The notes under the pieces were generated by a model. That model made no database searches and had not been told where the DNA came from. It saw only the letters and a program-made list of their open reading frames with translations. This document shows, in pieces, positions 25,249-39,800 of a stretch of DNA of 64,000 nucleotides; position 1 is the first letter of the stretch, and every line of letters starts with the position of its first letter. Source of the DNA: Eledone cirrhosa. Lineage: Eukaryota. Position numbers and translations under genes: made by a program. The DNA is taken from NCBI GenBank assembly GCA_964016885.1, contig OZ024752.1, positions 4,030,001-4,094,000 of the forward strand, written 5' to 3'.

Positions 25249-28200
25249 GTTTTTTTTATTTCTTTGAACCGGTTTTAGTGACTTGTTTTTGAGAAATATG
25301 TAATACATGTTCTTCTGGTTGGTGCTGAAGTGGATATTTCATTCAGATGCGTTATTAGATAATGGAGTTGTGCCAAAACTGTTGTTGTTGTTGCTGCTAT
25401 TTACTCTATATAATGTCTTACTGCTTGTGTCATGATGAATGTTATTTACAAGTGTTTCCCAGTTTTCTATGTTTCTATGGATTATATATTTATTACTTTA
25501 TTTTTGTTACATTCGTTTTTCAGTTGTGTAATGCTGAATTCTATTTCGGTTGCGTGTGTTGAGGGTATTGATCCTTATTGTGGCGTTGTGTATCATGTAT
25601 ATAATTACGGATTTAAACGAATATGTTGACATCAGTGTTTTTTGGTATGTACTTTGTCTTCACGTGGAGAAAAACGTTTGAAACCGATGAGGAAACATTC
25701 AAGGGGGAACGTAGTACCACTAGATATTTTTGGTCAATGCATTTATTCTGAAATGTATAGGGATAGACTTTATATTCACATACGCTTGTTTATGTTTGTA
25801 TGTGGTGTTGTTATTCTTATATAAGTTCCCATTTATATTACGAAATTTAGCGATTCGACCAATATTGATCCGTGAAATAATTACTGAGTGTTGATATGAT
25901 CAAATGACCGGTTTTGAAAACGTTTCCTTTAACAAATTTCTAACATAGTGTTATGGTCAATCCGAGACTACGATAGAAATCACTTGCTTCGAATATACTG
26001 CACAGTGGGGTCGTTCCTATAATCACTTGGATTCGAATCGAACTTCTTTACACAGCTATACCTGCACCCCCACAATTAATAGTGGCAATTATGCTATTAG
26101 CTAATAATTTTCATATTCGCCAAGATACATGGAAGTCGCTGCTGCTTGCTTCGAATTTCCGTAGTGTGAAATTAATTAAATAAATCTTCCTTTCTAAATA
26201 AGATACTAGTCTATGGCAAATAGATTACCTCGTTTCAGGAAGTGAATTCACTACTACAATACATTAAAATCATCGTCAATTACAAAGTGGTGCTGCCAAC
26301 AGCATTGATCTCTATCACCCTGTCGTACATACTTAGAGTTAAGTGAATGTCGTTGATTGTTAAGTGGACTAAATTAAGATGGCTGTGTGGTCAAGAAGTT
26401 CGTTTAGCAGACACATGGTTCTGGAATCGATGCCACTGCGTAGTAACTTTAGCATGTACGTCACACGGAGCATTGGTTTAACCATTGTTTTGTGAGTAGA
26501 ATTTTGTAGCTGCAATTTTGCCGAGGTCGTTTGGGAGGTGGGTACTTACGTTGCATATCAGTGAAACATGTAAATATTTGACGGGGAAACCAATAAACTG
26601 GCGCGTCAAACAAAAATTCTTTGTTATATTTCATTTTCCGTGTCATCTTCACAATTATTAAAAGCAGTGAAACATTGATAGGTGCATTAGAAACATAAAC
26701 AACGATGCTATATTTCATAACATAAATGTTATAAAATAAATGTTATTGCCGTACGACATGTTAAAGAGGTACCACCAATATCCCTTTCCAGTTTCCTTTA
26801 CCCTATCAACTCGGCCGATTATACTCTGATTATAACGTATAAATCTAATTCTCTTAGGTATGTGAATGTTCATTTTTTTTGTGGGGAGGTGGGGCTTGTC
26901 TCATTAAAGCAATCATATATTCATCACCTGACTGTCTTTCCACGGGGCATGATGAGGTATATAGTGCTCAAAACAGAATGACCTCTAGTGAACGACATAC
27001 GATGAGGTAAAGTTATGTATATTTCTTTATATTACGCATCAAGGGTTAAGACTTTGCATTTCTGCTCTTCCTCTATAGACATATGTTGTAGCCCTTAATA
27101 ATTCATATCTATAATAATATTGTGAGCATTGTTAGGGAATATTACCTCACTAAGACTAATTATGTTATACACTGTGGAGTAGGTAGGTGTCATATTACTG
27201 AGTCTTAAAAATAATATATAAGGTCTTCCAAAAGAATGTATACACAAAGACTGTGCATTCTAATAAATATTGCCTGTGTAGGTAAGCAAAGTATGTATTC
27301 ATTTTTTGGGGGGGACACTCTGTATATTTGCTGTAGATGTGTTGTCCTTTATCTAACCACTGAATGGAGTAAAAACACTTCAATTATAGGTAATTTATTA
27401 AAATTATTTCATACATTGAATACACCAAAGGTCTTGACGTAATATTTTATAAGTATTTCTATATTGTATTGGCAATATAGATTGATGTAATGTAAGCGCT
27501 TAGGACAAGGTTGATATAAACATGTTAAATTGTGGACATGAGTTTTGATAATGATGAATAAGTACCTGAACCACATTGAGCTTTGGGGCATTAGGAGAGA
27601 AGCGAATTGTCGTTGACAAGAGAACTCCGTGCCCCGCAGTTCAGCTGTGAGTTGAATGATGTGAGATGGGTGACTGAGTGCTTTTATATTGATAATGTTT
27701 TCCCCTCTAGCTGACAGACAGGGAAATCTATAGTATGGTAATTTGGTAATTAAAGGAAATGGAGAACGTAAAGTGATGTCGGTAACGAAGACGACGACAA
27801 TGATGGCTGTTATTATTAATATTATGATGAGGATAATGATGATTATATTGACGAATACGACGCTGGTGGTGATGAGGCTGATAACGACGACCGATGACTA
27901 TAATGATGATGTGGAGTAGGAGGGAAAGGACATCGAGTACAGTGGCAGTATTTCAATAACAGAAAACGAACACTATGGAAAGTTTGTTTCGTTTCAGGTC
28001 TTCAACCTTTTTCATACTAACTAGCCAAAAACTGCCCAAAACCAAATTTTAAGGGTTCCTACTTAAAATGAAACTGTGTCCAGCATACTTTTATGTAAGA
28101 ACAGTTCTTTTCTCTTCTTCTTCACCCATTTATTCCTGGGGACAGAGTTCTGAAACACTCCTTCCTGCGGGTTCTGTCAGTTTATGTTAAAAATACCATC

Positions 28201-28539
28201 TAAAGAAAATTATAATGTTAGTTTTTTTTCCTAAAATCCTCATGAGGAATTTGCTTTTTTAAAAATAACGAATTACATTATCAAATGCCTACTTTATTTA
28301 ATACGATAAAGTGTGATTTGAATGCAATTGGGCTGCTACTTCTAGTGTGTTTTCCATCCACGTAGAGGTTCCCATTGACTGATTGAATAACAGTTTTGTT
28401 ACAGAACATGAGAAATGCTTGCTTAAAAAAAGAACTGAGAACAGAAGTTAGTTGAAGTGACTTGAAGATTGTGTTTGATTGTGACTGGGGTTAATGAGGA
28501 CACTGAAGGATTCGTTTGATTAGAGCATAGGTTTAATAA

Positions 28540-28720
28540 TTGTTTCTACATTTGGCACAAGGCCAGTAATTACACCAGTGCATTACTGGTACTTTATTTT
28601 ATCGACCCCGTAAGGATGAAAGGCAAAGTTAACCTCGGCGGGATTTGAACTTAGAATGGAAAGGGCCGTAACTCTATGCGTCAAAGCATGGCGTCCGACC
28701 CTCTACCGATACTGCCAATA
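28540..28720 (-). mobile_element. SINE family A
   Basis: Reverse complement of 9309-9491; nearly identical to 45808-45997. Confidence 0.9.
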
Positions 28721-28887
28721 AGGTAGATGACTCAACAATTCAACACGGTCGCTTAATCTGATAGAATTATAGCCATTTAGCTCACATCACTAGCTCAGAT
28801 ATACTACACTTAGATATATATTGTATATATTAAACACACACAAACTTATATGTATATATATATATTTCTTTTTTTATTTTATTTAAC

Positions 28888-28960
28888 TATTTTTCTGATG
28901 AACGGGCTGGACGTTTCTGTAAGAATCGTCTAGTTTCTTGAAACCTTTGGTAATGGAATA
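28888..28960 (+). ncRNA. Type I hammerhead ribozyme motif (family 5)
   Basis: TATTTTT-CTGATGA-acgggctggacg..cgtctagtttctt-GAAA-cctttgg-TA-ATGGAATA; GUA site; stem I imperfect. Confidence 0.7.
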
Positions 28961-29878
28961 ATTATAATGTGTTGTTTATTATGTAATATACATAAAGCAC
29001 TCTTCTTATTTTACCTTTTCTACACACACACACACACCACACACACCACACACCACACACCACACACACACATGTTTATATGTGTATCATTCCTTGTTTA
29101 AATCTTCACCCAAATGACACCCTGCTGTCAGAATAACATTGGGGGAGGGGCGGGGAAATTTCATTACTATTTCCAAGAAGTAGATCGAACATGCAGAGTC
29201 TCGCTCTTTGCCCTGTTATTATAGTTATTTTGGTGAGGGGCTTGTACAACTCCAGGTCAGTCATGATTGATCAAACTTACAATCAATGGCAGCCCAGCCT
29301 TAACTATACTGTCTTTTCCCCATGCATAATGTATCTAGGTCCACATTATTCGCTAGAATCATCTTTATTTACGTCGGTTTGCGGTCGATCTGACTGCTAT
29401 GACAAGTAGATCATGAAAATACATAATATCTCATTTTTGAACACAGCTACGCTAAAAAAGAGTCTAAATTATGTACCGTCCTCAACCGAACACCTTCAGC
29501 ATTCACCGTGCTCTTTAGAATGCTAAAGAGTATTTAGTAGAAGATGGGTTTCTAGGTTGAACAGGTGGAGCTACTGCCCATTACTTTATCTGATTCTCAC
29601 AGACGTAAGGACGCTTATTATTACGTAGCTCTCAACTAAAGTATATCCGAGTGTAATGTTCAGCTCCAGATGATAGGCAACGGATATGTATGTCACGTGG
29701 CTACCTCTAGACATTATGTACATCTTATATCCATTTAACACATTGAACAACTACATATATATGCAAAATTTCTCTCAAACGAAACCAAAATATCTTAAGT
29801 TAATGTAATCCTTGTGATAAACAAGAATGTGTGTGTGAGATATATACACCAGGTCCGAAGACATAGGAACCAAACTCC

Positions 29879-30114
29879 CACTGTCACTGCCTCTTTCTCT
29901 TCCGCTCTCCTCATCTCTCACTATCATGAGCAAATGGCGGCCCGACGGACAGAATGGAGAAAGCGTTTAGAGGATGGTGAGGGAGACGCGGTGGAAGAGC
30001 CAATCTAGTTCGTGAGACTCACACCTGCGGGTAGCCAACTCTGTGTCGATGGTGTTGATTAGGGAGGAGGTGGCCCTAGGTCCAAGGACACCAGAAGTCA
30101 CCACTGCCACGGGC
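29879..30114 (-). mobile_element. 3' end of a CRE-like (RLE) non-LTR retrotransposon
   Basis: PVAVVTSGVLGPRATSSLINTIDTELATRRCESHELDWLFHRVSLTIL resembles the CRE-type ETxGxxG..FQRxS C-terminus; homolog at 62400-62642. Confidence 0.6.
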
Positions 30115-31305
30115 AATAATAAAACAACACTTTGGACAATGTAGTCTTGCATACTCCTAAATTGAAGGGATAGGAACGGTTGGAATAACTTTGATCATAG
30201 ATCTGCTTGATGAGGATTGGCCTAGTCTAAACAACAAAAACAACTTTATGGCTTTAAAAAAGGAACTGCGAAATATTTACCATCGTATACGTTGTTATTT
30301 TGTTTTATTTTTTCTCTTATCCATAAAAATCCGGATACACGTTTCTGTGAAGAATAACATAAATTACAATTATCTATTCTTTATTAAACTGGCAGATCTG
30401 TTCATTGAAGGATTGCATGATTTATAAGCCATCCATAAGACGGCTTTCTTCTCACATGCCACAATGATATTACAGATAAAGACGTTTAAAATGACATACA
30501 CAGATACGCACATAAGAGAAAAAAAAAGAACAACTATTTAACACCTAAAATGAGGGAAAAAATGTAAAACATCTATTTTTTACAAAAAAACGTTCAAATC
30601 GTATGAAAGAAATACAAAACAATTTAAAGAATTGCGGTGTAGTGTGTGGTAGGGAAAGGGGTTGATATAATAATTTCAAGAAGTGAGTGTAGAGGAAGAT
30701 AAAACTGGGTGAGGTGTATCAGATTGTTTTAAGATTAATGTTAAAGAAAAGATAATCCAAGTAACATGAAAGACATCACACATAATCACACGCACACACA
30801 TATATACGCACACAAGCACGTACGCAGACACGTTCACAAACAGGCACACACACATACATATACAAACGCAAATATAAGCACACGCACATACACACATACA
30901 TTGACAAACATATACATACGCGCGCACACAGAATATCGTGCCCAGAGATATTTCAATGTAACAGCAAACTTTAACAAAAGGAAAAACGCCACGCACATTA
31001 TAAAGCCAGAAGGAATGAAATAATAGCAAGACCAAAACAAGGAAACAAAAAACATATTAATGAGATGTCAAGGCGTGAAGTAAATTCTAAATAATTCTTC
31101 TGAAGTTTTCAACAAAAAAAGAAAATATCTTTGAATGAAAAAAATCGTTATTGTCGAAAACACAAGCCTTCACGTATACACACACGTACTGACACGGACA
31201 TAAAATAATAGAGTATATTTAACATATAAAATGTATATTACAAACAGACGTGTGTATGTATAAAGGATATGAAAACATTATATATATACACACACACACA
31301 CACGC

Positions 31306-31345
<40 letters not shown>

Positions 31346-31517
31346 CACGTGCTTTTGAATGAATGAGTGTGTGTGAAAAAGAATTAGAAATAATTCATAT
31401 ATCATAGAAGTAAATGTTGATAGGTCATATATATATATATATGACTATATATCTCTCTCTCTATATATATATATTTGTGTATAGTGGTAGCTATGGTGCT
31501 TCCGTAGGTGGTATGCC

Positions 31518-31559
<42 letters not shown>

Positions 31560-31607
31560 CAAATAGTGAAAACAATGAAATTAAACAAAATACGGGTAAT
31601 TCGTAGT

Positions 31608-31756
31608 AAAACTCATTATTTTACGATCGTTTCTGGGGGGTAGCTCTCCGTATGTTCATTCTATTAGTGATCTATGTAAAATATATTACAAATTATCAAA
31701 GTAAAAAAATATACATACGTCTTCCCTACCCGCCGTCTTCAGAAATAATGAGTTTT
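31608..31756 (-). ncRNA. Type I hammerhead ribozyme in the Penelope 3' pLTR (family 6)
   Basis: Perfect 14 bp stem I AAAACTCATTATTT/AAATAATGAGTTTT, CTGAAGA, long stem II (GGGTAG/CTACCC, CGTATGT/ACATACG), GAAA-cgatcg-TA; GUA site at 31622/31621. Confidence 0.85.
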
Positions 31757-31861
31757 GTTTATTGAAGTATATAAAAACATATATGAATAAGTAACCTTTT
31801 AAGAACAAGGTTGAGATTGACTCACACATATATATATATTTTTTTTTTTTTTTTTATTTGT

Positions 31862-32877
31862 TTAGTTGTATTTATAATACTTGAATGTCTTTCTAATTCT
31901 ATGATTACATGCGATAATTAATTTCTGTCTTTTATTTAATAGAATGTCTTTCGATTTGGTAATTTCAAAAATTTCTTGGGAACATAGCCCACACTCCTTT
32001 CTATTGCCCTGATAAGAAATGGCTCTTTTGCGAATCTTCCAAGTCAGATTATGATTAATTTTCTTCTTTTTACAATTATTAACTGCTTCCGCTAAAGAAG
32101 TGGTATTAGCTAATCTTGTGTTTCGAAAACTGTGGGTGCGTGCATAAAATCTCGATTTAAACGGATTAGATGTGGATCCAATATAGGATTGATTAGAGTC
32201 CTTAGTGGTAATTATACATTTATACACTATATTATTAATTAAGCACTTTCCATTTAAGGGGCAATTACTTTTTACTCTACAATTACAACCGTTTGTACAT
32301 AGGGTTTCAGATGTGATTGCTATATTCCCAATAACAGTGCTAGTATTTGTATTTACATTTTTATATGAGAGAGAAGGGTTTTTGCTTGGGTGGTCATGGC
32401 TCGAATGGTTGTTGGTGAAATTATAGGGGATATAGGGTTTATAGAATCATGGTTGTTTTGGAAGTTATTGTTCAGATTGTGTATGTAATTCTTATTTCCT
32501 ATTAAGGATGAGGAAGATGGTAGTTGGTTGTAGGCTGATGTATTGTGTTGGTAAGGGGAGTGAGTGGATGTAACTGGTGGATAGGTAATAATATTCTGGT
32601 TATGCGTTGTAGTATTATTATAGTTAGTTTCTGTGTGGTGTGCTAGAGGTATGCATGGAGCTTTTTTTACATTTATAGATGTTATATGCACTTATTTTTT
32701 GTTGTATATTGCTCAATGTGTAGTAAGAAAATTTTACTGTATATCTGTTTAAGATTTGATGGTATTTGTGGTTAGGTGGGAAATGTTTATCGAGAATTGC
32801 AAAAAATTGTTTAGGGATTTGGCCCATAGTTTGCAAGTTAAATGGAGCATTATACCATGTTACGTTTCTTTTATGGT

Positions 32878-32882
<5 letters not shown>
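31862..32882 (-). pseudogene. 5'-truncated Penelope-like element (RT thumb, linker, GIY-YIG endonuclease), Naiad-like
   Basis: RNVTWYNAPF..ILDKHFPPNHKYHQILNRYTVKFSY; CNCRVKSNCPLNGKC (CxCx5Cx5C); VYKC..YIGST..CGLCSQE..LLNKRQ..CNH*; linker disrupted; truncated at (TA)n 32883-32915. Confidence 0.85.
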
Positions 32883-32919
<37 letters not shown>

Positions 32920-33082
32920 GATAACAAAATATCGTTATAGGTAATCCAGTTAGAGGTTGTGAATACTTCTTATTATGGATAGTTTTAGCGTACGGCGTTG
33001 TTTGCCTCAACAAGAGGTTTACGTAGATTTCGAATTTATGATTTAACATGTATTCCTATGTAAGTTTATCTTGGAGTAATAA

Positions 33083-33582
<500 letters not shown>

Positions 33583-33587
33583 TGTGT

Positions 33588-33800
33588 GTGTGGCTGAGTG
33601 GTTAGAGAATTGTATTCGCAATCGTAAGGTTGTGAGTTCGATTCCTGGACCAGGCGATGCGTTATGTCCTTGGGCAAGACACTTTATTTCACGTTGTTCC
33701 TTCTACCTGGAGTTGCGACTGACAGATAGTATTAGCAATTGGAAAGACCAACGGAAACATTGTTTCCTCGGTCCGATTTGACGAAAGTCGATCGTTCCTA
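33588..33800 (+). mobile_element. tRNA-derived SINE family B
   Basis: Near identical to 10716-10890 but with an extra internal segment. Confidence 0.85.
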
Positions 33801-33831
33801 TAAAAAAAAAATATATATATATATATATACA

Positions 33832-33975
33832 GGCGACGAATTGACAGTGGTTAAGACGTCGGAAAATATTCGTTCCACCTGAGATCAAATCTCGTCGTGG
33901 TCAACTTTGCCTTTAATCCTTTCGAAGTCGATAAAAATGTACCAGTTTAGTACAAGGGGTCGATTCTTCCTCTAT
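33832..33975 (+). mobile_element. SINE family A variant
   Basis: GTCAACTTTGCCTTTAATCCTTTCGAAGTCGATAAA..GTACCAGT..GGGGTCGATTCTTCCTCTATA, shared with 61760-61907. Confidence 0.7.
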
Positions 33976-34101
33976 AGAAACAATCGGTTGTGTTCAGACC
34001 TGGAGAGGTTTTGGCTCTGTCGGGTTTAAATGTGCCCTAGACACGCTGTATGACGGTACCTCTATGACTCTACAAGGAGTTATGACATATTTCCTTTCCT
34101 C

Positions 34102-34150
<49 letters not shown>

Positions 34151-34351
34151 ATAAATGATGGTTATATGCATGTATGTATAATGTTCCATATATATATATA
34201 TTCCGTGTTGTTATTTATATATACTCCGGTTGAGTGGAGTGTAGCAACGAGAGTTGCATGTGATGTCCCGCCTAGGAATTGAAGTCAGTTTTATTATTGT
34301 AATCCCAAAGACCTAACCACGTGTTTTCACACACTGACACACACGCACACG

Positions 34352-34464
<113 letters not shown>

Positions 34465-34689
34465 ATATATACTTCTACGTGATATTTGAACCTTTAACCT
34501 CTGTCGATTCCGACAATGTGTGTCCCAATTGTTTGATCAACGGAACGGCAAGTTCGTGGAATTAACGTGCAAGTTGAGATTCCTACAGACACTGTATCGT
34601 TACCGCAATCCTCATGGAATATCAGGTGAATACAGAGTGTGACAAAGTTGGATTTTAAATTATAGGTTCAAATCATTTTTATCAGATGA

Positions 34690-34796
34690 TGAGCCATGTG
34701 AAAGAAAGTGCTTTGCTCAAAGAAACAACGCTCCGGTGGGAAACGAATTCTCGTCCTTGCAATCGTAAGCCGAACTCCGCAACTCCTAAGACGCGT
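34690..34796 (-). mobile_element. Diverged tRNA-derived SINE head
   Basis: Minus strand has a degenerate tRNA-like head followed by CGTTGTTTCTTTGAGCAAAGCACTTT, as in family B. Confidence 0.5.
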
Positions 34797-35527
34797 ATCT
34801 TTATAATTACTCATACATAGAGACTCAAAAACACGGAATATCGTAAACATATTTAAAATATAAATTATTCATGTACACAAACAATGAAAGAAAATAGTTT
34901 GATAGAAGAATAGATTGCGCGATCAGAACAAAGATTACATATATATGAACATGTGTGTGTGTGTCAGCATCAATACATCAATGCGATGTTGAAATTTATC
35001 AATAACACATTTTGCTATTGATATATAAACATGTGTGTGTTCATGTATACACACACACATTATATAATGTGTGTGAATATATCAATAAATATATATTTGA
35101 AAACAAACTTCTCCATACCTACATCCATCCATTCATACCTTCATACATTCATAAAGATTTTACAGAGAGATAGAAACCATACGCAGACAAAATATAAAAG
35201 AACAATGGTGGAATGTTCCAGTCAAATCCCTAATAAGATGTAAGCATTTCAAACCAGGTATGTTATGGGACAGAGAAAGGAAAATATGGGCGGTAGTGGA
35301 AACCATGTTAAGGATTAACAAAAATTGAGAATATTTATGTCGAATTATTAGTAACCTGCAGGCTCCCCACCCTTGTTATGCCTTAATATTTATAGCTGTA
35401 ATCATGTGTGTGTGTATGTGTTGTTCTTTGATTTTATAAAATTGCTAGAGCGAGGAAGAGAGATTGTATGTGTGAGTATATAAAGAGAGGAGTGACTGTG
35501 ACATATATATATATATATATATATATA

Positions 35528-36050
35528 GTAATAATAATAAATTTGAAGACTAAAATCCAAAGAGGACTCGATAAGGATAAATATATATCAAATATATAAG
35601 AACCGTAGAATAAAAGTTTATTAAAATAACAGATTAAAGTTTAAGCAAAGAATCGTTGCTTTCACCCTTAACGGGATCTTCTGAAACTACACAAAAAAGT
35701 CAATCTGTAAACGCAGAACTGGATATTTCAAAAAACGTTGCAACCGGAGGAAGACAGGAAGACGATACTTTGGTTCGTGGTAACGTTCCCTGGCAAAGAA
35801 CGGGAAAAAACGAATATAATATGTGATTATTTAGAGCGGTGAAAAACAATTACACGCAAAGACAGAACCACGTTTATGGTATAAAAGAGGTCGTAGACTA
35901 ATGTTCTCTTAGGTGGTGCATAGAGACGTTCTCTGGCAATGAACGGAAAACACGAAGATAATACGTCATATGTGTAGCGGGGAGAACAATTGCACGCAAA
36001 GACAAAACCCCGTAAATGGTATAGCAGAAATCGTAGACTAAAATTCTAAC
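35528..36050 (-). mobile_element. Longest copy of the family 4 hammerhead module, with an internal ~143 bp tandem duplication
   Basis: 35528-35688 is the reverse complement of 21957-22118; 35783-35906 is repeated at 35926-36047; abuts (TA)n. Confidence 0.7.
35638..35688 (-). ncRNA. Hammerhead-like motif with variant core CAGAAGA (family 4)
   Basis: AGTTT-CAGAAGA-tcccgttaagggt-GAAA-gcaacgattctttgc-TT-AAACT. Confidence 0.65.
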
Positions 36051-36841
36051 TAGGAGACCGAATGATTCTCCGCTTCAGAGTTAAGAACAAAGTAAATAAT
36101 ATACAATACAGAGGTAATTGGAATTAGATAAATACATACACGCATCCAAATACGTACATACACAAGCATACGCGAAAACACTCGCCATAGGTATACAAAA
36201 CCACGCACATATACATATGTGTGTGTGCGTGTATACAAATAAATAAGTAATTAAATAAACGTATATAAATAAATAAATACGTATATAACAAGCGCACACA
36301 CATACCTACATGTAAATACACAAATGTTCGGAGACGTACGTACGTCAACAAAAACATGAAGTACACATATACACACACCCAAAATACGTACGAACCCGCA
36401 TACTCACACAGACGCAAACCTCCCGTATACACATAACCAAAAGCATATGTACCAGAATATATAAAAATATACGCCATAACATATACAATCACTAATGCGT
36501 ACGAGAAAGTATACGTACCTTCACAAAACATACAGGTAATATATACTTACCTATGCAAATAAGTAATGGTATAAACATAACATATACTTAGCTACCACAT
36601 CAAGACGTAAAATATCCACTTAAATGTAAGTATGTATGTATACGTACATACATATATGTATACAGACGTACAGTAGTATGTATATATATACATACATGCA
36701 CACATATATATATGCGCAGGTATCGGTTTATCGAACATTTATTATAATGCTCGGTTTGTTTGTTTGTAAACAAACAGCCCGAATTACGCCGTACAGTGTT
36801 TAGGCAACCACGTCACCTTTTTGTTCAACACTGACACAGGA

Positions 36842-36884
36842 AAGATGTAATAGTTTCAAGCTTATTAGCTATCGTCAGCATCCT
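36842..36884 (-). ncRNA. Minimal type I hammerhead ribozyme motif (family 7)
   Basis: AGGATG-CTGACGA-tagctaataagctt-GAAA-ctat-TA-CATCTT; stem II AGCT/AGCT. Confidence 0.75.
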
Positions 36885-39800
36885 ATACCTTCCTGCCAGA
36901 TGGTTGAACGTCTTAAAGTATATATATACAAATATATATGAATACGTATATATATGTATATACGTATATATATGTATACGTATATACGTATATATATGTA
37001 TACGTATATATATGTATATATGTGTACGTATATATATGTATATATGTATACGTATATATATGTATACGTATATATACGTATATATAGGTATATATATGTA
37101 TACGTATATATAGGTATATATATGTATACGTATATATAGGTATATATATGTATACGTATATATAGGTATATATATGTATACGTATATATAGGTATATATA
37201 TGTATACGTATATATAGGTATATATATGTATACGTATATATAGGTATATATATGTATACGTATATATAGGTATATATGTATACGTATATATAGGTATATA
37301 TGTATACGTATATATAGGTATATATGTATACGTATATATAGGTATATATGTATACGTATATATAGGTATATATGTATACGTATATATAGGTATATATGTA
37401 TACGTATATATATGTATATATGTATACGTATATATATGTATATATGTATACGTATATATATGTATATATGTATACGTATATATATGTATATATGTATACG
37501 TATATATATGTATATATGTATACGTATATATATGTATATATGTATACGTATATATATGTATATATGTATACGTATATATATGTATATATGTATACGTATA
37601 TATATGTATATATGTATACGTATATATATGTATATATGTATACGTATATATATGTATATATGTATACGTATATATATGTATATATGTATACGTATATATA
37701 TGTATATATGTATACGTATATATATGTATATATGTATACGTATATATATGTATATATGTATACGTATATATATGTATATATGTATACGTATATATATGTA
37801 TATATGTATACGTATATATATGTATATATGTATACGTATATATATGTATACGTATATATATGTATATATGTATACGTATATATGTGTATATGTGTATATG
37901 TATATATGTATACGTGTATATATGTATACGTATATATATGTATATGTATATATATGTATATGTATACGTATATATATGTATACGTATATATATGTATATG
38001 TATACGTATATATATGTATACGTATATATATGTATATGTATACGTATATATATGTATATGTATACGTATATATATGTATATGTATACGTATATATATGTA
38101 TATGTATACGTATATATATGTATACGTATATATATGTATATGTATACGTATATATATGTATACGTATATATATGTATATGTATACGTATATGTATATGTA
38201 TACGTATATGTATACGTATATATATGTATATGTATACGTATATGTATACGTATATATATGTATATGTATACGTATGTATATGTATATATATGTATATGTA
38301 TACGTATATATATGTATATATATGTATATGTATACGTATATATATGTATATATATGTATATGTATACGTATATATATGTATATATATGTATATGTATACG
38401 TATATATATGTATATATATGTATATGTATACGTATATATATGTATGTATATGTATACGTATATATATGTATGTATATGTATACGTATATATATGTATATA
38501 TATGTATATGTATACGTATATATATGTATATATATGTATATGTATACGTATATATATGTATATATATGTATATGTATACGTATATATATGTATATATATG
38601 TATATGTATACGTATATATATGTATATATATGTATATGTATACGTATATATATGTATATATATGTATATGTATACGTATATATATGTATATATATGTATA
38701 TGTATACGTATATATATGTATATATATGTATATGTATACGTATATATATGTATATATATGTATATGTATACGTATATATATGTATATATATGTATATGTA
38801 TACGTATATATATGTATATATATGTATATGTATACGTATATATATGTATATATATGTATATGTATACGTATATATATGTATATGTATATGTATATATATA
38901 TGTATATATATACGTATATATATGTATATATATACGTATATATATGTATATGTATATGTATATATATACGTATATATATGTATATGTATACGTATATATA
39001 CGTATATATATGTATATGTATACGTATATATATGTATATATGTGTATATGTATACGTATATATATGTATATATGTGTATATGTATACGTATATATATGTA
39101 TATATGTGTATATGTATACGTATATATGTATATATATGTGTATATGTATACGTATATATGTGTATATGTATACGTATATATGTGTATATGTATACGTATA
39201 TATATGTATATATATGTGTATATATATACGTATATATATGTATATATATGTGTATATGTATACGTATATATACGTATATATATGTGTATATGTATACGTA
39301 TATATATGTATATATATGTGTATATGTATACGTATATATATGTATATATATGTGTATATGTATACGTATATATATGTATATATATATGTGTATATGTATA
39401 CGTATATATATGTATATATATGTGTATATGTATACGTGTATATGTATACGTATATATATGTATATATATGTGTATATGTATACATATATATATGTATATA
39501 TATGTGTATATGTATATGTATATATATGTGTATATGTATACATATATATATGTATATATATGTGTATATGTATACATATATATATGTATATATATGTGTA
39601 TACGTATATATATGTATATATATGTGTATACGTATATATATGTATATATATGTGTATACGTATATATATGTATATATATGTGTATCCGTATATATATGTA
39701 TATATATGTGTATCCGTATATATATGTATATATATGTGTATACGTATATATATGTATATATATGTGTATACGTATATATATGTATATATATGTGTATACG

